Assembly: GCF_009834535.1 (NCBI RefSeq)
Contig: NC_045696.1
Coordinates: 89,158,001-89,222,000 of the forward strand
DNA length: 64,000 nt
Direction: 5' to 3'
Source of the DNA: Camelus ferus
Lineage: Eukaryota
How positions within the stretch are numbered: the first letter of the stretch is position 1; each line of letters starts with the position of its first letter. The position numbers and the translations under genes were made by a program. Below the pieces are notes generated by a model. That model did no database searches. It saw only the letters and a program-made list of their open reading frames with translations, and had not been told where the DNA came from. Shown piece by piece: positions 1 through 14,059 of the stretch.

Positions 1-599
1 GAAGGCATGGGGGGCAAGAGCAGGGCACTGAGCATGATCTGTGCACACAGCACCACAAGGGGGTTGGGCGGACCACCCAAGCCTCCTCATCTCCAGCCTA
101 ACCCTGGTCAGCAAGAGCCTGAGAAAAACCCTTTAAACCATTATACAGTTAAGCAGTTACAAACACCATTACAGATATCAGGTGGTCACCAATGACAATA
201 GGGTCCTGCTTAGTTATAGTAACTGTGTAGACCACTACACAGATCTGTGTAGATCTGTACTAAATGGTCAATTTTTTGTGTGGGGAGAAGAGAGGGTGGT
301 GATTAAGCTGTCTGACAATTTGGATTTGTTGAGTTTTGATTACCTTTATCTATCCAGTTCATGAGGGATATATAGGTGTGAATTTTGGAAGAGGTCCTAG
401 ACATTGAGGGAAAGCTACTGAGGAAATTATCAGCCTTTGGGGTAATTGAGGTCATGAGTATGGCTAAGATTACCTACAGGAATTTAAAGAATGAAAAAGA
501 AAAGAGGGCAGCAGGCAGATTCTCTTGATAGTCAACACGTTATGGTCTGGTTGAAGAGGAGGATTCAGCAAAAGAGATCAGGTGGGATCAAAAAAGATG

Positions 600-1270
600 G
601 AATTTTAAAAGTATTTATTTATAGAAAATTTCAAACATATACAAAAATAGAACAGTATCCCCATCACTCAGCTTTAACAGTTATCAATTTGTGAATAATC
701 TCTACTCCCCATGATTTTTTGAAAACAGATGCCAGTGATATCATTTTATCTATGTATCTCACTATGTATCTCAAATTTTTTAAAAATCCAGCTACAATAT
801 CATGATCACACTTTAAAAAGTTAACAAGTAATTGTATTCAAGGTTCTTAGTTCTCCAATTGTCTCATAAATGCTTTTTTTTGTTTGTTTGAGTCAGGATC
901 CGAAAAAGATCCATACATTGTGATTGGTTGATACATTGTTAAGTTTCCTTTACTCTGTAGGTTCTCCTAGTTCTTTTTTATGTTTTCTTGCAATTTTGCC
1001 ATTGCTGGAACTGGGCCTGTAAAACTTCTCATAGTCTGGACTTGGTTGATTTCGTCTTTGTGGTGTATTTAACATGTCTCTCTCCCCCCTGAATTAGCTG
1101 TGAATTGGTGTTGAATGTAGAAAATTTAGATTTAGGTTTAATTTTTTTTTCTTTTTGTAAAGGATCTGTCAGAATTGGTGTTATGTATATTTGCATAATA
1201 ACTGGTTGTCTAATTGTCTATCTTTTGTGATGTTAGCAGCCATTGATAGTCATTGCCCATATCCTTTAAT
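600..1270 (-). mobile_element. Old L1M (L1MC/ME-like) 3' fragment
   Basis: Characteristic text such as aaaatttcaaacatatacaaaaatagaa and gtttgagtcaggatcc...catacattgtgattggttgat. Confidence 0.6.
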
Positions 1271-1288
1271 CAATTATGGTGATATTCT

Positions 1289-1427
1289 TTTTTTTTTTTT
1301 AACATTTTTTTATTGAGTTATAGTCATTTTACAATGTTGTGTCAAATTCCAGTGTAGAACACAATTTTTCAGTTATACATGAACATACATATATTCATTG
1401 TCACATGTTTTTCACTGTGAGCTACCA
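1289..1427 (-). mobile_element. Young L1 3'-end fragment with a perfect 18-bp TSD
   Basis: Poly(T) followed by L1 3' terminal sequence. CAATTATGGTGATATTCT occurs at 1271-1288 and 1428-1445. Confidence 0.88.
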
Positions 1428-3456
1428 CAATTATGGTGATATTCTGATTCTATCCTTCCAGAACTCTAGAAGGATAGAATTTAAATATCAGATGACAAAT
1501 GTGTTAGATTGCTTTATGATCCCTGAATTTCTGTATTCCCCATTTGTTTGAATCCTTTAGAAGGGAACAGATTTTACTTTGTTAATATGTGTTATTCTGT
1601 TTAAGAAGCATAGTCTTGCTGGTTTGTGCTTCTCTCATTTATATTTGAATTTGAAAATTGCCTGCAACCTAATAAGATGCAGCCGTTGAAGAGCTGTAGA
1701 TACACAAGTTGTCTGCTTGACATTCACACTGGACATTTGGTGGTAGTCTTTTTTCAAAAACTAAAGTTAAGAAATGAGAAACTCCAAGCATGCATATTGA
1801 TCCTTTATGTAAATATTAATAAAAATAGTTTCTCTACTTATACCAGTTATATAAAGTGATTTTGTTTCATTCAAGTTATGCAAAAAATTATACTTTGAAG
1901 TTATAACATCTTTTTATATAACTTCCTTCTATTTAAAATCAGAGAGGATACATGGATTTTTTCCAGCCCCATAATCTAATGTTACATTTGTTTGCTTGCC
2001 AAATAACCATTTTAAAGCTTGAGACATACTGTCCCCATAAGTCTTATATAATTTGGAGTGAATTCCCTCCTAAATGTGGTAGAGAAACTTTTTTTGCCCA
2101 GTGTGTGCTTTTAAAGAACATTTAAAATAGCACATATCATTTGAGTGTTTTCCTTTCCTTTCCATTGCTCTTCAGTCAGATAATTAATATATATTTTATA
2201 CTACTAATAATAGATAATACTTATTATCTAATATCTAAATGCAGGATTAGACATCATATTCTAGCCTTTCTATGTAATTAAAATGTATTGATGTCCCATA
2301 ATAAGGTATCTCTTTGGAATTTTTGAAAACCCCAACCCAGAATGGATGCTAATGTATTCTCTACTTAGAACATTTCTAGTTTTGCGGATTCAAGAGCTCC
2401 TTCCTCCATCATGTACAGTCACACAGAAAGAATGGGAAATGGAACTTCTAAGGTGCCAAAGAGGTGGTTCATCAGAGTCTCCACTCACACATGCACCACA
2501 GGAATCAGAGCCTTAGGGATACACGGGGGCAGGCTATGGGAGAGGGCTAGAAGAATGAAGGCATCCTTACTTCCATTTCTTATCTTTTGAGCCTCTATGA
2601 AATGTTTTTACCTTCCCTTGTTTTCAACTTTTGTTCCTCTATCTTCTAGTCCCCCTACACCTTCTTCTGTGTACCTTCTTTTTCTCTGAAAGACTTAAAA
2701 TCATAGAGGAATGAGGGAACTTTGTGAGGAGTTTGTGATGGGCAGCAAATATTGACCCTTGGATTTAGCACTGTTGTTTATACCAATATATTTTTGTAAG
2801 AAGTTGTACTGAACTTTGGCATTATCATTTGTATTATACACAGCTGACATTCGTAATTTCTTAATAAGTCTTTAAGATCTCTCTAAATTGTCTATCAATT
2901 GTCAATTAATACATACAGAATATCTAAAATACTTTTTAAAGTCACTAGTTTACATCAAACCAAAACATGCTAGGAATGAAACAGATTTTCCTACTAAAGA
3001 GTCACACTTTGCAAAAATTCTTGTCAGTAGTCAGTTTTGTCCAGTACAACAGGTTTACAATAGTTGGCTCTGATAAATCATGACTGGCTTATTCAGAAGT
3101 CATATGTCATATTCGAAAGCAAGAGGACTTGAGAAATAATGTACTTTGACTGTTATAATGACTATTTCCCATACTTTAGGACAAGATGACAGTGAACAGT
3201 GTAGGAGAGCTATACTCCACCAGATTGTTCCTGCTTCAACTAATATGAGTTATGCACAGGGTCGCAGGCTGAGATGCTGTCCAAGACTGTATGCAAAAAT
3301 AGGCCTGGAACTGAGGAATAATCTTTTCATCTCCCTCCAAATTATCAATATATAGATTTTGTGTCTTTGGTGTTATACCACTGATTTTAGTAATTCATTT
3401 AGTTCTTGTTTGCTATTTAAATAAAATACTACCTTAAAAATAACTTAATTACAAAT

Positions 3457-3580
3457 GGGGAAGGTATGGCAGTGGTAGAGTGCTTGCTTAGCATGCCCAA
3501 GGTCCTAAGTTCAACCCCCAATACCTCCATAAATAAATAAATAAATACATACATACATACATACCTAATTACCTCCCCTG
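3457..3580 (+). mobile_element. Camelid tRNA-derived SINE (Vic-1-like)
   Basis: ggggaaggtatggcagtggtagagtgcttgcttagcatg...gttcaacccccaatacctcc...cctaattacctcccc with A/B boxes, flanked by near-identical aaataactta(a/g)ttaca repeats. Confidence 0.85.
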
Positions 3581-4172
3581 TAAATAACTTAGTTACATAA
3601 ATAGATATTAATTGGATTATAAAATTTAAATGGCTATTAATTTCTAAGAACCAAATGGAAAAAAGGCATTTTGTTAGATTTTTATTATCCTCAAATTTGA
3701 TTTTTATAATATTTCTAATTTATTGTAGTGATAATAATGTAATGATACTGGTATTTAGTTGAATATCGAACAGAATAAATTCATTACAGGCTTAGAAACA
3801 TGAGCAAGATAGTCGAACCACTTACACTGGGGAAGTTCATTCTTGAATTTTATTATGACTTCAGAGAATTTTTCAGTGAACGTTTACCGTACATACACTC
3901 TGTTTATTCACCAAAGAGAAATGAAACCCAGATCTCCGAGCTTCAGTAAATGTATAGGTTAGTGGAAAAACAGATTCATAATAATTATAATACACTGTAA
4001 GCAGGGCTGTAATAATAATATGTATAAAATGCTATGTAGCACAGATAAGATATAATGGTCGTTTATTTCTGCAAGGAGAGCTGGTCAAGGAAAAGAGGTC
4101 ATATTTGGTCCAGGCCCTGAAGTATAAATAGGAATTTGCAAGATGGTTAAGGTAGGGAATATTGAGGGATGA

Positions 4173-4463
<291 letters not shown>

Positions 4464-4639
4464 TAGAATAATTCTTACCATAATTTCTTTAAAAATTACT
4501 TCTTGCCTTTTGATATTACAGTCTTCTTTTGACTATATAATTATATTATTAAACATTTTTCTGGACTTTTATAGCCATGTTTTGATTAACTCAAGTCTGT
4601 TTTTATAATATTCGATTTATGTTAAGGTTGGGTACTGAT

Positions 4640-5118
4640 TTTTTTAATTGAAGTATAGTTGGTTTACAATGTTGTGTTAGTTTCTGGTGTACAGCAAAGT
4701 GATTCAATTATACATATCCATATATATTCTTTTTCAGATTCTTTTCCATTATAGGTTATTACAAGATATTGAATATATTTTCCTATGCTATACAGTACAT
4801 CCTTGTTGTTTATCTGTTTTATATACAGTAGTGTATATATGCTAATCCCAAATTCCCAATTTATCTCTTCCTCCTCCCCTTTCCCCCTTAGGTCACCATA
4901 GTTTTTCTATGTCTGTGAGTCTATTTCTGGTTTGTAAATAAGTTCATTTGTATCATTTATTTTGGATTCCACATACAAGTGATATTATATGAAATTTGTC
5001 ATTCTCTGACTTACTTCACTTAATATGATAATCTCTAGGTCCATCCATGTTGCTGCAAATGGCATTATTTCATTCTTTTTTATGTCTGAGTAATATTCCA
5101 TTGTATGCGCGCACGTGC

Positions 5119-5158
<40 letters not shown>

Positions 5159-6136
5159 CACATCTCCTTTATCCATTCATCTGTTGATGGGCATTAAGAT
5201 TGCTTCCATGTCTTGGCTATTGTAAATAGTGCTGCTGTGAACATTGGGGTTGCATGTATCTTTTTGAGTTATAGTTTTATCCAGATATATGCCCAGAAGT
5301 GGGATTGCTGGATCATGTGGTAACTCTATTTTTAGTTTTTTAAGGAACCTCCTACTGTTCTCGATAGTAGCTGTACCAATTTACGTTCCTACCAACAGTA
5401 TAGAAGGGTTCCTTTTTCTCCACACCCTCTCCAGCATTTATTATTTGTAGACTTTTTAATTATGGCTATTCTGACTGGTGTGAGGTGATACCTCATTGTA
5501 GTTTTGATTTGCATTCCTCTAATAATTAGCAATGTTGAGCATCTTTTCATGTGCCTGCTGGCCATCTAGACATCTTCATTGGAGAGATGTCTGTTTAGGT
5601 CTTCTGCCCATTTTTTGATTGGGTTTTTTTTTAAATGTTATTAAGCTATATGCATTGTTTCTATATTTTAGAAATTAATCCCTTGTCAGTCTCATCATTT
5701 GCAAATATTTTCTCACATTCCATAGGTTGTCTTTTCATTTTGTTTATGGTTTCCTTTGCTCTACAAAAGCTTTTAAGTTTAAGCAGGTCCCATTTGCTTG
5801 TTTTTGCTTTTATTTTCTTTATTCTAGGGGATGGATCAAAAAAAAATGTTGCTGCAACCTGTGTCAAAGATTGTTCTATGTTTTCCTCTAGGATTTTTAA
5901 GAGTATTCAGTCTTACATTAAGGTCTTTAATCCATTTTGAGTTTATTTTTGCATATGGTCTTAGAGAATGTTCTAATTTCATTCATTTACATGTAGCTGT
6001 CCAGTTTTCTCAGCACCACTTATTGAAGAGACTGTCATTTCTCCAATATATAGTCTTACCTCCTCTGTCATAGATTAATTGATCTTAAGTGTGTCAATTT
6101 ATTTCTGGGCTTTCTATCCTGTTCCATTGATTTATG
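4640..6136 (-). mobile_element. L1 3' fragment (ORF2 C-terminus and 3'UTR) with an internal (CA)n tract
   Basis: Minus-strand ORFs KWDLLKLKSFCRAKETINKMKRQP and MEYYSDIKKNEIMPFAATWMDLE are L1 ORF2-like. T-rich tail at the left end. Confidence 0.93.
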
Positions 6137-8369
6137 AGTAACTGATATTTTTAGGTAAACAATGTAAATGGCTAAGATAAAGGCTTCTAACTCCTCAATT
6201 TTGTCTCCCATCATCTGCCCTTTCTGCTCTAGGGGAAATATATAAGCACAGAGGGCACTGGCCAGAAAATGGATACTTTGTCACTTTGCAAATTCTGAGG
6301 AGCTAAGTTGCACTTGGAGAGGTGCCTAGCCTAGGTAGACTTCACAGCCTAGAACCAAAGAAGGCTAACCCTTTGCCTCTCAAGTTCCTACCAGAATTTC
6401 AGATTTTATTAATCCAGTTAGAAACAAGCCATTTTAGTACATATCAGCCCATAATGAGAGCCACAAGAGAGTTTGCCCCACCACCTAGAGCAGAAATGAT
6501 CATGGCCACCTGCCCAGATCCTTCTGGACTCAGATGGCAGAAAGAGAGCTCACCTCTAGCCATGCAGATGCAACAGATTTTTAATCCCAAAACAGGGCCA
6601 GCCTTGCTCCCAGCTCTGTGGACTAGTTGATTTCCTTAGCCTTTTATTCATTCATTTATTCAAAAAATGTTTCTGAGTACTCACTTTGAGCCAGGCACTA
6701 TGCTAGGTGTTGAATCAGATATGGCTTCTGTCTTCATGGAGTTTATAGACTATGTGGGAGTGCTTCTCCTTGGGGACAAAATAAAATGGAATGTTCTGAT
6801 TCATCCTAGGAGGCAGAATATATCAGAGGAACCTTGGGAAGATGAAAAAAGATGTAGAGAGAAGGCACCTACTAAAGGCAACATTATCCCTTGGCCATAT
6901 TTAGAATATTGAGCATCACAATTGACATTTTTGGACTTCAGAACAGTTTTCAGGGTAATGAAGCCTTTGGCCATTCTTAGTTCTGTGGTGCAACTTCATC
7001 ATCTGGTTCCAGGATAGACACAAGTTGTGGGTTTCTTGGTGGAAAAAGAAGACTTTTATAGAAGATCCACAATTTTTTTTTTGTTTGATTCAGAACTGTT
7101 TACTACTGAAATGAATCCTTTAGGAGTTTGGGCTAGGAGGGCTTGGTCTACTACTAGCACAAACTCAGGGTCTCTTGGAGCTCTGAGGGCTACACTCTTA
7201 ATCCACAGAATAGGACAGAGCCACCACCACTGCAGTGCTAAGCAGCCCAGGGAATCACCAGTCACCTAATCTTTTTTGTCTCAGTTTTGAAAATATGACA
7301 ATATGTTACAAATGAGCAACCATCTTAAATGTACTTTATTATATAAATTTTTTTCTTTTTCTTCCCCTAGGGTTTTTTTTAAATTATTGCAGTATAGTCA
7401 ATTACAATGTGTCGATTTCTGGTATACAGCATTATTATATAATTTTAAGCAGATTAATACTACTCTGCTTCCTCTTCATCATCACTGTCATCAATAATTT
7501 TTTCACTATCTTCGTATTAGGTGCTTTTCAGGACATAGAAATTTTTTTTATCTTCCCAAAAATTGTATTTCAGAGAGTAGAAATATAACATTCTTGTCTT
7601 CTTTTGCATTTTATATGTATTCAACTATTACTAAAATATCACAAGAGTAGCAGAAATGTTCCAAGTGGGATACAGAACAATAAGGCCTTTTCTGATATTT
7701 CGTTTTCTTTTCATCCTGAAAAGATATAGTTGCTGTGACTCCCTATGGCCCTTTGTTCTACTTTCCTACTTTTCTTCTTCATAAATGTAATTTGGAAGTT
7801 AACTAGAAATCACAAAGCAGTATTTTAAGCTGAAAATTATCTTTGACTTAAAAATTATCTTAGCAAAATTGTGATTTGTATAAACTCTTTGTTTCAGAAT
7901 TAAGAATTGACTAGAAAAAGTTCATTTTAAAAAAAACATCGAGAAATCTTTTCTAGCTGTCTTGTGAATTCAAATGGGCTCACAATGCATAACACAGAGG
8001 TTTATAAGAAGTGAGAAGTTTGACATACACTCATATTTATGAGCCCTGAAATGTTACTTGGGCATTTCTAGTTTAAAATATGGAAATCAAGATTCATTAA
8101 CAGTGTCCTGTCTCCTAAGAACACTGTTAGAGTCGTTGTACTTGGTCTACAATGGTGTTCAGTAAGTATTTGTAAAGTAATGTATGAGTCTGGCAAATAA
8201 AATCCACTTGAGGAGTACATTCAATCTATTGAATATATGCTCTGTGCAAGAAGAACATAGAAGAGCCAGGAAATGTTTAAGGCATTGCGCTATAAGAAAG
8301 GAAAAAAAAGAGTGAAAAACAGTGAGAGATTGTTAAGTGGTAGCTCATTTGCTGGGTAGTTAGTTACCT

Positions 8370-10620
8370 TTTATTCATTCAGTATTTATTGAGTGCCTCC
8401 TGCAGACAATTTATTCTCCTTGGTGCTTGGGCTATAATAATAAACATGGCAGACATTTACCCTCATGAAACATATTCAAATGGAGGTGACAGTTAATTAT
8501 CCAGTTAATTGTTCGTTTCAGTTATGATTATTGCCCTGAAGGTAGTATACATAGTGCCATACGACTTTATGAATGGGGAACCTGACCTAGGGTAGGGGGC
8601 ATCAGCAGAGATTTTTCTAAGCAAAGCAAATGATGTTTGAGCTGAGTTCTAAAGGATGAAGAGTAGAAGCTGACTGAGGGTGGGGTGGGGCATGGGGATG
8701 GACATGTTCTAAGCAGAGGGAAGGCTCTGAGGTGGGAAGGAGTAATGAGCAAAAGGGAGATGGACTTGAGGGTTTCATAGGGCAAGTTAGGTGTATTGGA
8801 TTTATCCTAAGATTATCATAAAGCTGTTGAATGGAAGTAACATGATCGATTTTCCCTTTTAAAATCCCAGTTCCTGAATAGGAACAGAGACTTAGAATTT
8901 TCCACAAAATTATCTCTTTTTTTCCCTCTTTGGAAGTTGTATTCTTAGTATTTTTAGTTTTTATTTAGTTTTATTTAGTTATTCCACAAAATTATCTTGA
9001 GTAGGATTTTGTCAGTCAGTTAAAGGAAATAATAATAAGAGCAGATGCATGGGATCTTGAAAGAATGGTGAAGGTGTACAAAGGGACTGCTCTGGGTCCT
9101 GGGTCCTGGGTGGCTGGAATATTGGTGGGACCAGACATTGAAGTCTTACTAGGCTTTGTAATAGAGGCAGTGAGGAGACTTGGGGGTTTGTAGTCAAGGG
9201 AATGACTTGAAAGATAACTTCTGATAGATCGGAGGTGAGGGTGGTGACTAGGAGGCTCCTATAATAGTCTCACCAGGAGATGGAAAGGGTAGATTTCATG
9301 TAAGAAAAAATCAGCAGTAAAATTAGTAAAACATTGTGGTTGGGGGTGGAAAGAGACGTGGTGAGGTAAGGCCAGGCACTTGAGAACAACTTCAGCTTTT
9401 CTAGTGTGGGTGACTGGTAGAGGAACATGAGAACATACAAGTTTTGGACCTTTAGAGTTTGAATACGTGAGTTTGAAGTCTCTGTGGGGTGGACCCTATC
9501 TAGGTGGAGATATCTGGTGGGCAGTTGGAAATATCAAAGTGAATATCGCAGTGTATTGATGAAGGAAGAATTGGGGCTAGATAAATAAATTTATGGTCAT
9601 GATCATCCAGGTATAGTTGAAGAAATCTAGGGAAAGTATGAAAAAGCTGGTTGGAACTCTAAGACTAACAGTTAAGAAGTTACCTAGGGGAAGAATATAG
9701 GAGAAAAAGAGGGGAAAAAAAAAAGACTGAGGACATTTAGAAAGGAGAGCAGAAACCAGAAGAGAGCAATGCTATACGGAGAGAGATTTTTCAAAGAGCA
9801 GTGGTCGGCGGGGCCCAGGGAGTACTCCTCCATCAGGGCCTTTTTCTTCCCTCTGTCAACATGGAGTCTCTCACTTATCTCCTTCAGGCCTTCACAGCAG
9901 CTTCTCAGGGAGGCCTTCTCTGATCTTCACTCTGTTTGAAATACACCACTATCCCTGACATTGTCTCCCTCCCCTATTTCCCATACTTTTACCACTATTA
10001 TTTATCTTTGTTTATCTCTCTGTGAAGACAGTGATTTTTATTTTTTTGTTCACTGCCAAATCCCTGTGCTGAGAACAATCCTCGGCAAATGGTGAGCGTG
10101 GAATACTTGTGGAAGGAGTAACTGAGTCATACAGAGAAGGAATGTAGGAGCAGGAATTAAAACACTTGGTGGTGGTGGTAGTGAAAAGTTTCTGAAGCGT
10201 AGTGGAAACAGTGATGTTACAGTGGTCTGGGAGGAGGAGGAGAGTGGGGGATGAAAAGTAGAATGAGGGTGGTAGCTGGTAGGGAGAGAGGATGGGGGGG
10301 AGGGGTGAGGAGGAGCAGCCATTGAGGAGAAGGAAGTTGGAATAGGTAGGCAATAATTGAGGGCAGCTGTCCTAGAGGAGACGAAGATGAGATCAAGTTG
10401 GCCTGAGACAGACGGGAGAGAGATAAGGGTGGATATAGATGTACTGACTTGTGAAAGGAAGGAAATTAAGTGAATTCATGCCTCATGGCCACTGTATTCT
10501 CCATAAATTAGGAAGCTGATTTTCAGTTGAGTGTAAGAGAGATGGGGTAGAAGATGGAGAACCATTTGTTATGATTTTGAAATTCCTTCTCTGTGAATAA
10601 GAACTGACTGACTAGGGACT
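8370..10620. mobile_element. Cluster of degraded L2 fragments
   Basis: L2 terminal motif attcattcagtatttattgagtgcc at ~8375 and purine-rich L2 body text. Confidence 0.6.
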
Positions 10621-12401
10621 AGAATAAGAAGTGCCAAATAGTATTAACACTGCCTCGAGTGGAAAAGGCTGTGTTTTAGCCTAGAAGTCACTTGACAGCT
10701 GTCATGAGTACATCCTTACCTAAAACCCATGATTGAAAATACCCTATTCCAAAGACTGAATTATGAGCGGAACATTGTTCTAAAACTGGACAAATGCCAG
10801 AGTACAAGTGAAGCATTTATTTTCAGTAGGATAACTGTCCGCTGACACCCGTGGTAACAAGTAACTAATACAGATGTCATCAGTCTACTTGATGCTCTTC
10901 TGGTGCGGCAGAGCAACAGTTTGTATCATCAATATATGGTTTTATTGTGATGGATTCGAGAAACATATGTAAGCCAATTTAAGGCTGGAAGAAGGCCAAG
11001 GCATTCATCAAGCTTTGTCTTTGTCCTTGCAAATGTTTTCTTAGATGAGTGTTTCGCCATTAAAAAAATATCAAGTTCTGGCCTGATTGAAAAATGAGAC
11101 TTTAAAATAATCTTAACGTTTGCTCTGCCTTCCGACGAGCTGTCACTTGCATCTTAGCACAGACATTCATCTTCTATGAGTAAGAGGGATTCTTTTAATT
11201 TATCTATTTTATGTATTATAGACAAGTATATGGAAAAGTTATCTTTAAAAAAGGTGGCCAAAAATATCCACAAATTACTTCACAGAAATTTAGAGAAGGG
11301 ATATTGGAATAAAAAAAGAACCGAATACTTAATTCCACCTACTTCCAGCACAGACTAAAAGAGGCATGAAGTCCTGTTAAGGTTAAATTAGCCTCAGTTA
11401 CTTAAGATAAATCCGCTCAAGCAGCAGGCAGTGCCTCAGCCTGCTTTAGTGCTGCTTATTCTGCTCAGCTCGCCTACATGGAGGCGAAAACCTAATTCAC
11501 TTTTGGCTCCGTCTCAGGAGTTTGGGTTTATTTCGTAGTAAATCAGAGTTAGTTTAACCTAGGACCCATTTTTTTTCCCATGTCTTGCCTGAGAGGACAC
11601 ACATTTCTAAGTTAGTGATCTCTAGACCTTTTTAAAACAGTAGAATGCTTTTTCCTAAACAAATTGTTTCTAGAACTCAGGGCAGAGTCTGTTCCTAATG
11701 CAAGTCTAATGATTTAGGGAAGGGGCAGGGCTGGGTTGTGGGGGGTCAGGTGGTTGGCTGGAAACATAAAAATAGTATCACTTTTCAATTATTCTTTTTC
11801 TGTGTCTCTCAGCCTTGTTTTCCCACTACTGCCTCTAATATCATTTCATCATTGTCTTATCACTATGTCTTCATATTGTTTTAAGAGTTGTTGCAAAGGA
11901 GCCACTTTGCAGAGTATGCTCTGGGGAAGCAAGTGCTTCCCTATCTTTCTTCCTAACTAGGCTTCTGGTGGAAACCTCAGTATATAAGCAGAGAAGAGCG
12001 GATCCATTTGAAACATGGCCTGATGGCCAGAACCTGACCATTTTCTTTATTGTTTGAAGAAGAGCAGTCCACCTCTTTCTGTCCCTGAGGCACCAGAGCA
12101 GAATCTTCAGGCTCCATGGGACTGTTGCAATGTGCCTTTTATAAATAGCTAGGTTTGGGTCTGTTGTATCACAGTGAGAGTCTTTGCTTTTTATTGTGAT
12201 AATTGTTCTTTTAGGTCTAATAGTCTTAATGCTATTTAATTTTTGGGGAACATTATTTCCTCTTAACTTTTCTTTCCTGCCCTCTTTTTCTCCAATGTTT
12301 TGGAAGTCGTACATTCTATTTTTGTTTACTCTTGGTTACTTTGTATTAAACAAAAATGCCATATACTATATAAGCATGTTTCTTCTTTTCTTCTACTGCA
12401 G

Positions 12402-12512
12402 CTCCAAATAGACTGGGAGAAAATCAAAGCTAAAATTGAGATGGAAATTACTAAAGAACGAGAGCGATCATCAAGCAGCCAGCCCAGCAAGAATTTTGGT
12501 CTAAAGTACTAA
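12402..12512 (+). CDS. IFT80: IFT80 last coding exon
   Basis: Acceptor ttcttttcttctactgcag. Phase 0 matches the previous exon. [36 protein letters not shown] is the IFT80 C-terminus. Confidence 0.96.
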   Translation, partial: LQIDWEKIKAKIEMEITKERERSSSSQPSKNFGLKY

Positions 12513-12818
12513 ATGCCATGCTTACCCTTAAGAAGTTTTACCTTATGAAATTAATTCTGATTAACCAAGGATAAGCATGTTTTCATTGTTAAAGAATCTT
12601 TAAGTGTAAGCATTTAATGTGTATTTAATACCAAAAGTATATTCAGAAAGACTAAGCACAAAATAATTGATGTAATTTCATCTTTTATATTTTAGTTCAA
12701 TAATTAGCAAAACATTCTTATATGCTTCTGATACAGCTGTGTAGTGAGGCTTACATTCTAGTTTTCTGTCCATTATTTTATCCTTGAATGTTCAGTATGA
12801 ACAAATATTAATGCTGAT

Positions 12819-12824
12819 AATAAA
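12819..12824 (+). terminator. Candidate IFT80 polyadenylation signal AATAAA
   Basis: First canonical AATAAA, about 300 nt after the stop codon, followed by U-rich sequence. Usage is not verifiable from sequence. Confidence 0.5.
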
Positions 12825-12974
12825 ACACAGGATTCTTTAAAATGTCTTATTATTAATTTCTATTTGACCTCTAAATTTTAAAGTGCTCTAAAAGTTTATA
12901 CAACAAAAAAAATGAAGATTGATTCATGAAAATATATTTATAATATATATAAAATATTTATGAAAATATATGAA

Positions 12975-13450
12975 CTTGCAATGTTCATAGCAGCATTGTT
13001 CACAATAGCAAAATGGTGGACAAAAAAAAGATGTTCATCAACAGATGAATGGATAAACACACAGTGGAATATCATTCAGCCTTAAAAAAGAATAAAATTC
13101 TGATACATGCTACAACATGGATGAATCTTAAAAATACATGCTAAGTGAACTAAGCCAAACACAAAATGTCAAAAATTGTCTGATCCCACTTACATGAGGT
13201 ACCTAGAGTAGGCAGGTTCACTGAGACAGAAAGGAGAACAGTAGTTGCCAGGGCCTATCAGGAGGGGGAACTGGGGAGCTGTTGTTTGTAAGTACAGATT
13301 TCCTGTCTGGCGTGAATGAGTTCTGGAAATGGATGGTGGTGATTGTTGCCCAATATTGTGAATGTACTTAATGACATGGAACTTAATGACACTTGAAAAT
13401 GGTTAAAGTGGTAAATTTCATTATCTCTATTTTATCGTAATTTTAGAAAT
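12975..13450 (+). mobile_element. L1MB-like 3' fragment
   Basis: aatgttcatagcagcattgttcacaatagc...catgctacaacatggatgaatct...gttctggaaatggatggtggtgat. Confidence 0.8.
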
Positions 13451-13888
13451 ACATCTAGAATGGGCAAGAAGTATTTTCCTCCTTCCTCTTCTGACCTGAG
13501 AATGTTCAGGCACTGGACCCTAGAGTCTGAATTTGTGAAAGTCTCCTTAAATGATCAACCTGTTTGACTAGCCTTAATTCAGTATATCCTCAAATTATTA
13601 CCATAAAAGCTTTTTAAAGTTAACACAATCCTTAGAATTCTTCCATGAAGCCATTGTTGGAAGTGATGTATTATAGAGTGGGTGTATGTATATATGCATA
13701 GGAAAGTGATTACCTCTCTCCCCATTTTAATTAATGTATCTAGTCTTTTTAAATGAAAATATTCCTGTCTTTTCAACATATTTCTTTTTTTTTCTGGAAT
13801 ATTAGAATGTTCTTCATCCAGATGCTGGATACAAAGGTGTATTCAGTTTGAGAAATAGGATTGAGCAGTTTACTTATAAGTTGTACTT

Positions 13889-13903
13889 GTCTGTCTGTCT
13901 GTT

Positions 13904-13945
<42 letters not shown>
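13889..13945. repeat. Compound (TCTG)n(CT)n(AT)n microsatellite
   Basis: Directly visible in the sequence. Confidence 0.95.
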
Positions 13946-14059
13946 GTTTTCTATATTATGTTATATTACAATAAAAAATTTAAAAACAAAAATGGTTAAA
14001 AGGATAAGTTTTATGTTTATTTTACTATGATTTAAAAAGTCAAAAAATATAATGAAATA

